Below, piece by piece: positions 57,818 to 64,000 of a stretch of DNA of 64,000 nt. Under the pieces are notes generated by a model. The model was given only the letters and a program-made list of their open reading frames with translations, did not search any database and was not told where the DNA came from. Position 1 is the first letter of the stretch, and each line of letters opens with the position of its first letter. The stretch spans positions 416,647-480,646 of the forward strand of contig CBDDCT010000005.1 of the NCBI GenBank assembly GCA_965226185.1, in the 5' to 3' direction. Origin of the DNA: Bryobacterales bacterium (GTDB lineage: Bacteria; Acidobacteriota; Terriglobia; Bryobacterales; UBA6623). Position numbers and translations under genes: made by a program.

Positions 57818-58531
57818 ATGCATAGTCGAATGTCTTTGTACGGTGCCGGAACCGTTTGCCTTCTCGCGGCTGGCGTCTTGGTCTGGCCGGGAAACGGGGA
57901 TGCGGCGCCTCCCGCGCCGCCCGAGTCGCAGACCTGGATATTCGACCGTCTTGACAAAATCGGCGGTCACAAGACCGCGGTTTCGGGCGAGCCGCGCGTC
58001 ATCGACACGCCACTCGGGAAAGCGGTCGAGTTCGACGGGGTCGATGACGCCCTGTTTTTCGACGTGCATCCACTCGCCGGCGCCGAGACATTCACCTGGG
58101 AAGCCCTCTTTCGTCCTGATGGCGGAGCAGAGGAGCAGCGCTGGTTCCACCTCAGCGAGACCCCGGCGACAGGTGCTCAAACCGAAAACCGCATGCTATT
58201 TGAAATCCGCGTCGTGGATGGCCGGTGGTGTCTCGATGCCTACGTTCAGACAGGCGCCGCCCGCAAGGCACTGCTCGATCGCCGGCGCCTTCATCCGCTG
58301 GGCGCCTGGTACCATGTGGCCGCGGTCTACGACGGCCGCGAATTCCGAAGCTACATCAACGGAGTGCAGGACGGCGGGGCCGAGTTGAAGTTGGGCCCGC
58401 AGGGGCCGGGACGCACTTCGGTCGGCGTGCGGATCAACGAGGTTTACTATTTCAAAGGGGCGGTCCGCCAGGCCCGCTTTACACGGCGGGCGCTTGTGCC
58501 GGATGAGTTCTTGAAGTTGCCGGGACGGTAG
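57818..58531 (+). CDS. LamG/concanavalin A-like lectin domain protein, exported
   Basis: [26 protein letters not shown]...YING, FKGAV. Confidence 0.85.
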   Translation: MHSRMSLYGAGTVCLLAAGVLVWPGNGDAAPPAPPESQTWIFDRLDKIGGHKTAVSGEPRVIDTPLGKAVEFDGVDDALFFDVHPLAGAETFTWEALFRPDGGAEEQRWFHLSETPATGAQTENRMLFEIRVVDGRWCLDAYVQTGAARKALLDRRRLHPLGAWYHVAAVYDGREFRSYINGVQDGGAELKLGPQGPGRTSVGVRINEVYYFKGAVRQARFTRRALVPDEFLKLPGR

Positions 58532-58644
58532 CTCAACACTGGGATGGTGCGGTAGTCCGTCAGGGGAGCGGAGCGCCGACTTGACGCTCGCTCACAGGGC
58601 CGCGGCGCCGGATATCATGCGGGCCTCGACGCCCAGCGAAGCCT

Positions 58645-59583
58645 TCAAGCCGCCGCAAGGACCATCGGCGAGACCTTCTCCGAGAATGTCTCTAACTGTC
58701 GCAGCTCGTCGGCCAAAGGCCAGAGAAAGACGCGCTGAGCGCCGGCTCGCGCATAAGCCGAGAGCTTCTCCGCACACGTCTCCGGGTCACCGATCGGCAG
58801 CTTGTCTCGCAGTTCTTCCACCGGACGCTGGAGCATCGGGCTGAGAACGTCTTCGATCATGCGGTCCGCCGCGCCGCGGTCTTCGGTCACATAGAGCCAC
58901 ATCGTGGAAATCCCGTTGGGGAACCCCCCAGCGTCCCTTCCCTGTTTCAAAAGCGCGGCGCCCAAGGACTCGACGTTCTCGCCGAATTGCTTCGGCGTGG
59001 TGTTGTAGCCGGAGGCCAGCCATCCATCCCCGAGGCGAGCCACTCGTCGAAGCCCAGCCGGCGATCCCCAACTCCCGATCCAGATCGGCGGGCCTGGTTG
59101 CTGCACCGGGCGCGGCTCCAGCAGAAGGCCTTCCGTCGAGTAGTACTTCCCGCGGAAGCCCTCGGAGGAGAGGTCCCACAGCGCTCGCAGCGCCCGGATG
59201 ATTTCATCGAACCGCTTCCAGCGTTCCTCGAACGGAAGGCCTGCCGCGGCGTAGTCTTTCGCCGATGACCCCGGACCCACCCCGACGATGAGACGTCCTC
59301 CGGACAAGATATCGAGTGCCGCCAGAACTTTCGCGGACGCGACCGGCCCGCGGACGATCGGGATCGAAACCGTGGTCGCGAGCTTCATCGTTCCCGACGA
59401 CGCCACGACGGCGGCCAGGGCTGTCGGCCCGTCCAGCCACGGCCGGCTGAACACGAAGTGATCGTTCGCGCAGAGAAACTTGTAGCCAAGCGCAGCGGCG
59501 AGTTTCGCGTACTGCTGAAGGTCCGCCAGACCGCGATGCTCGCCTTGAAAAGAGATCAGCGGTAAGTGCGCTCCGAATTCCAT
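58645..59583 (-). CDS. LLM class flavin-dependent oxidoreductase
   Basis: ANDHF, LDILSGGRLIVGVG, PRPVQQPGPPIWIG, RVARLGDGW. Confidence 0.93.
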   Translation of the reverse strand: MEFGAHLPLISFQGEHRGLADLQQYAKLAAALGYKFLCANDHFVFSRPWLDGPTALAAVVASSGTMKLATTVSIPIVRGPVASAKVLAALDILSGGRLIVGVGPGSSAKDYAAAGLPFEERWKRFDEIIRALRALWDLSSEGFRGKYYSTEGLLLEPRPVQQPGPPIWIGSWGSPAGLRRVARLGDGWLASGYNTTPKQFGENVESLGAALLKQGRDAGGFPNGISTMWLYVTEDRGAADRMIEDVLSPMLQRPVEELRDKLPIGDPETCAEKLSAYARAGAQRVFLWPLADELRQLETFSEKVSPMVLAAA

Positions 59584-59780
59584 GTCAATTGTCACTCAGA
59601 TCGTAGCCCATCAGACGCGCACCTGGTAGTCCCAGAGCCGCTGCATCGTGAAAAGATTCCCGAGGGCCGGGACTCAACAAGCAGCCGCCGGGGTAACTGT
59701 CGATAGAATAGCGTTCGCACCATCTAACCGCTGCCTGACGTTCTTCAGAAGCCCGGACTGACCCGTAGGCTCTCACCTAG

Positions 59781-61362
59781 GAGTCTGTCCGAGTAACGGC
59801 TTGGCACAGTTCCGGCAAGGCGGGAAATTCGGATGCCGTGGTTAGCAAAGCGTCGGCGCGGAAGGCTCGTCGACCGCCGGACTGCAAGAACGCACCGCGC
59901 GGGCCGCCAAGAACGGCTTTGAGAGCCTGTAATAGGCCTCGCCCGGCGCCCCTTTTCCGGTTTTTTCCCATCACGCTCCGCCACATAGCCCGTGCATCTT
60001 CAAAATATTGTGCGTCAGACACACCAAGGCCCATTCCCCTTACACTTTCTTCAACCCGCGTAAGAGAAATTGACGAATGCCGCGGGCCTGTTTGATCAGT
60101 CCGAATATCGGCTCCACGATCCCTTTGCGCCGCGCGTAAATCTTCGCCCCGGCCTTGGTCCGTAGCTTGCGCTGCATCCGCTCGACTCGCGGGGCGTTGT
60201 TCGGTATCCGCCCCCGCGGCGGCGACGCCCGTTGCCCGCGCTTCTGTTTCTTAGTGGCGATATAGGCGTCGATCTTTTGCTCTGGCTTCTCGGGCGCTTC
60301 CAACGATTCCAGGTTCTTCTCCGAACAATAGCCGCTGTCGGCCAACACTTCCTCGGGGCGTTGTCCCGACTGCCGCTCGACCGCTTCCAGCAACGGCGCC
60401 AGTTGCTCTTTATCGTTCGCCGCTTGCGTCAGCGTCTGCCCGACAATCAATTGCGCCACGTTCTCGACCGCCGCCTGCGCATTGTAGCCCTGCACAAACC
60501 CGTCGCCGCTTTTCATAATGCGCGACTCCGGATCCGTGAAATTGTATTGGTCTTTGTCGCGCGGTTCGGCTTGCCGCGCTTGCTCGTCACAGCGACCCGC
60601 GGCTTCGGCTTGCTGTCGCGCCCGTTGCTTCGCTCGTTGCTCCAGCGCCTGCTTGGCTTCGCGAATCTTCTCCAGCCGCGTCTGCCGGTGTTGCAACTCC
60701 TCGGGCAATTCCTCGCCCTGCTTCGCGGCCCCGTAGTGCGCGTCCTCTGCCGCGTCAACCGTTTCGGCTTCGGCCAACATTTGCTTTACTTCGGCCGCTA
60801 ACTGTTGCTCGCTCTGCTTGATCCGCCCGTGGCTCATGGCCTTGTGCTTGGAGGCGTTGGCCTTCATCTTCGTGCCGTCGAGCGCCACCCGGCCCAGCTT
60901 CATCGCCCCGCTCTCCAGCGCCACCCGCAACACTTGCTGGAAAAGCCCCTCGAGGGCTTCCAGATGGATTTTGCGAAAATCCGAGATCGTGCGGAAGTCG
61001 GGCTGGTTGCCGGCCGCCAGCACGCGAAAGGGCACGTCCTCGACCAGACGCTGGGCGATCCGGCGCGAGGAGCGCACTCCCAGGCAGTAGCCGTAGAGCA
61101 ACAGTTTCACCATCAGCCGCGGATGATAAGGCGGCTGCCCGCGCTGCTCCTTTTCATAGACCTTCTCGATGGCCGACAAGTCCAGTTGATCGACCAGGTC
61201 GCTGACGAAGTAGACGAGGTGGTTTTCGGGCAGCCAATCCTGCAAACTGGGAGGCAGCAGCAGTTTCTGCTCGGGGAGGTAGGCCCGGTAGGTTTTGCCC
61301 ATAAACCATTATCGCCCACTTTTGTTTGTTCTCCACGAAGAAATGAATACTCGGACAGACTC
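59781..61362 (-). mobile_element. IS1182-family insertion sequence
   Basis: Perfect TIR GAGTCTGTCCGAGTA, flanked on both sides by CTAG (59777-59780 and 61363-61366). Confidence 0.92.
59971..61302 (-). pseudogene. IS1182 transposase with a premature TAA 22 codons before its natural end
   Basis: PPYHP...LLLYGY, SSRRI, PDFRTISDFR, LDGTK, TDPESR, ADSGY, VEPIFG. After the TAA at 60040 the frame continues GEWALVCLTHNILKM. Confidence 0.88.
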
Positions 61363-62074
61363 CTAGTAGTGGTGTGAGCATCTGAGGTAACACGTGTCAA
61401 TTAGATCGCCCTTGCGTACAAACTACCGCTTGGCCATCAACGGGGGAAGCCGGGCCAGGGATTCCGACCTGAGAACATTCCTAGCGAGAACAACCGATCC
61501 CACTCACTATGGGTCCGGGGGCTCGCTAGCCGCCTGAGCGGACTCGATTTGGGCCCGCTCTACGCCGGGCTACGGCAGGCTCTGAGGCCTGATCGCTCGA
61601 TGCGAAATCATTTCTCGACATCAATCCGACGGCTACGCCCTTGCGCCCAACATTCTAACGTGGGCGGGCGGTACGAGGGCCTGCATCCTTTTGCTCACGG
61701 CTCCCAAATCCTCGCTAACGTTAGGACCTTATCTGGAGGAACCCGGCGGGACAAGCTGCGAGCAAGGTCGACGATCGTGATCGCCGGGTTGCTTTGGATA
61801 AGGGCGTTTGAAGGAAGCCGCTGGGGCGGCGGACGCGTTCAGTCTGCGTCCAAGCTATGGGATTTGAATCGAGTTTCTTGGCCTCGGGGCAGGCGTTTGG
61901 AGTTGGCAAGACCGACGGACGAGCTGGAACGCCGCGTTGCTGGCGGTGGCCGAGGCTCGCAAGAGTGCTGTTTGGCGGAGATTCCGGCAGGTTCGGCGCT
62001 CGGATCCGAGTGGCAGACGCACTCCCGGCGCGCGCGTCGAAGGACACGCTGGCGTGACCGGCAGTTGGGTGGAG

Positions 62075-63253
62075 TTAGGACGTGTCAAAGTACTCCTGCT
62101 CCAGCTGCCAGGCGTCGAGTCGCTCGACCACGACCATCGCACCGCCACAGCTTGGACACGTCCAAGTGGCTGGAAGGCAAGTCGGGCCGGACGCCGAGGG
62201 TTTGGCTGTCGTCGCTTGGTTGGTTTCCAGTAGTTGTTGACATAGCGGCAACAACGCCCCACGTTTGCGGGCGGCGAGGAAGCCGAAGAAGCGGATACGA
62301 ATGAAGCCGCGCGGCAGCACGTGCTGCAGGAACCTCCGAAGGAACTCTTCGGCCGTGAGCGTCATCAGCCGTCGCTTGCTGCCGCGGGCGTAGTCTTTCC
62401 AGCGAAAGGTGACCTTGCCTTGGGCGAAAGCAACCAAGCGATGATTGGAGATCGCGACCCGGTGGGTGTAGCGGGCTAAGTAGTTGAGGACATACCGCGG
62501 CCCGCCGAAGGGAGGCTTGGCGTAAACGACCCAGTCTTGGCGGAACAGCGATCGCACAAACGCGCGGAAGGCCTTCTGCTGCGTCAAGGGCTTCAGCGCG
62601 CCGGGAAGACAGAGTTCGCCATTGCGATAAGCGCGCTTGAGAGCGGCGACGAACTTGCCGCGAAAGACGCGGCTGAGCGCCTTCACCGGCAGAAAGAATC
62701 GATACCGTGGACGAACCCAGGCTTTGTGATCGGGCGAGAGACCACCCGCCGGAATCACACAGTGGAGGTGTGGATGGTGCATCAGATTCTGTCCCCAGCT
62801 ATGCAGCACGCTGAGGAAGCCGATCTGGGCGCCGAGGTGCTTGGGATCAGCGGCGATTTCCAAAAGGCTGTCCGCACTGGCACGGAACAACAGGCCATAG
62901 AGAAGTCGCTTGTTGTGGAACATCAACTCCGCCAGCTGCCGCGGAACAGTGAAGACCACATGCACGTAGGAAACCGGCAGCAGCTCTTTCTCACGAGCGG
63001 CGAGCCATTTGTCCCGCGCGCCGGTCTGGCACTTGGGGCAATGGCGGTTGCGGCATGAGTTATACGAGATGGCCGCGGTGAAGCCACAGCGAGTGCAGCG
63101 GTCGCGATGTCCGCCCAGCGCCGCCGTACGACAGCGTTCGATGGCTGAGAGCACTTTCAAGTGCAGCCCGTTCAGCCGCGATCGATGTTGACGGATGAAG
63201 TCTTCGCCTGCCGCGCGAATGATATCGGCCACCTCGAGTGGCGGCCGTTTCAC
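62075..63253 (-). CDS. IS91-family (HUH Y2) transposase with zinc-binding domain
   Basis: CRTAALGG, YNSCRNRHCPKCQ, HVVFTVP, HPHLH (HUH), YLARYTHR (Y2), FLQHVLP.GF. Confidence 0.96.
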   Translation of the reverse strand: MKRPPLEVADIIRAAGEDFIRQHRSRLNGLHLKVLSAIERCRTAALGGHRDRCTRCGFTAAISYNSCRNRHCPKCQTGARDKWLAAREKELLPVSYVHVVFTVPRQLAELMFHNKRLLYGLLFRASADSLLEIAADPKHLGAQIGFLSVLHSWGQNLMHHPHLHCVIPAGGLSPDHKAWVRPRYRFFLPVKALSRVFRGKFVAALKRAYRNGELCLPGALKPLTQQKAFRAFVRSLFRQDWVVYAKPPFGGPRYVLNYLARYTHRVAISNHRLVAFAQGKVTFRWKDYARGSKRRLMTLTAEEFLRRFLQHVLPRGFIRIRFFGFLAARKRGALLPLCQQLLETNQATTAKPSASGPTCLPATWTCPSCGGAMVVVERLDAWQLEQEYFDTS

Positions 63254-63999
63254 TTCTTCTTATGTAGCTTCTTGGATCGCTTGACTCTGTCAGGGCTGGA
63301 GAACTCCGCTTGGTCGATCGGCGTGCCGGCCGCCTTGAGATGGCGCTCGGATAGATGCAGATAGATCGACGTCGCCTTCAGCTCGGCGTGAGCAAGGAGC
63401 GCTTGTAGCGTTGGCAGATCGGCGCCCTGTTCGAGCAGATGTGTGGCGAAGCTGTGCCGCAGCAAATGAGGCCGAACGGGTTTGTCGATCCCCGCTCGTT
63501 CGGCCGCTTCCCGGCACGCTAGCCACAGCACCTTGGGGGTGATCGGCTTGTCGACTCGCCAGTTCCTGATCGTGCCGGGAAACAGATACGTCTTGGGCTT
63601 CATCCAGCGGTAGTACTCGCGTAGCGTATCGAGCAGTTTCGGGCTCAACGGGACAGACCGATCGCGGCCTCCTTTGCCGTGACGGATGTGGACGAGCATG
63701 CGCTCGCTGTCGATGTTCTCCACTTTCAGGTTGCACAGCTCCGCCCGCCGCATCCCGGTCGAGTAGAGCGTCATCAGCATGGCGCGATGAAACAGGTTGC
63801 TGGCCGACTCGATCAGCCGCACCGCTTCTTGTTGGGTCAGGATGATCGGCAGCTCTCGCGGCTTCTTCGGGTAGGGGAACTCCTCGACTGGATAGTTCCG
63901 CCTTAACGTTTTGCAGAAGAAGAACCGCAGGCCTGCTGTGTGGAGGCCGACGGTGCGGACGCCCATCTTCCTTGCCTTCAGCAAGTACACCTGGTAGGT
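63250..63999 (-). CDS. Tyrosine recombinase/integrase (5'-truncated by the window)
   Basis: [33 protein letters not shown]...TSIYLH; stop overlaps the transposase start (GTGA). Confidence 0.95.
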   Translation of the reverse strand, partial: TYQVYLLKARKMGVRTVGLHTAGLRFFFCKTLRRNYPVEEFPYPKKPRELPIILTQQEAVRLIESASNLFHRAMLMTLYSTGMRRAELCNLKVENIDSERMLVHIRHGKGGRDRSVPLSPKLLDTLREYYRWMKPKTYLFPGTIRNWRVDKPITPKVLWLACREAAERAGIDKPVRPHLLRHSFATHLLEQGADLPTLQALLAHAELKATSIYLHLSERHLKAAGTPIDQAEFSSPDRVKRSKKLHKKK

Positions 64000-64000
64000 C

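Larger units (their letters stand above)
61720..64000 (-). mobile_element. Tyrosine integrase + IS91-family transposase element (right part beyond the window)
   Basis: Coupled integrase and IS91 ORFs; terminal hairpin at 61720-61810 ending GTCCTAAC. Confidence 0.8.

Noticed and set aside
57306-58388. 360-aa ORF containing a sulfatase motif
   Set aside because: Only ~44 codons are sulfatase-like; the rest overlaps the LamG gene out of frame.
61549-62304. 251-aa plus-strand ORF
   Set aside because: It spans the element end and is antisense to the transposase, with no protein-like motifs.

Overview
GC-rich bacterial chromosomal window, most consistent with an Acidobacteriota (Bryobacterales-like) genome. 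This is inferred from gene content and order: ispE-prs-rplY-pth-rpsF-rpsR-rplI, hpnCDE, many Tat-exported enzymes and Acidobacteria-style REP elements. Core genes are dinB, xerD, otsB, acyP, apt, the ribosomal cluster, ybbAP/tesA, an Lhr helicase, hpnCDE and tRNA-Asp. Accessory content includes three toxin-antitoxin loci, a 530-bp internally deleted IS1380 that splits an acetamidase gene (14-bp TIR, 5-bp TSD), a complete IS1182 with a nonsense mutation, an integrase + IS91 element running off the right edge, a ~185-bp MITE family and at least five REP-like families. The best candidates for undescribed biology are: (1) a three-gene PIN toxin module whose first gene carries a tandemly duplicated His/Cys domain (7387-9071); (2) a BrnT toxin half-gene in frame behind a single amber stop of a catalytically dead HtrA-like protein; (3) a ~147-nt rod-like candidate ncRNA at 11695-11841; (4) an attC-like hairpin ending the integrase/IS91 element; (5) a REP element inserted in frame in Lhr; and (6) an unannotated 44-aa basic protein. 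All product calls come from motif recognition by eye; no database searches were run.
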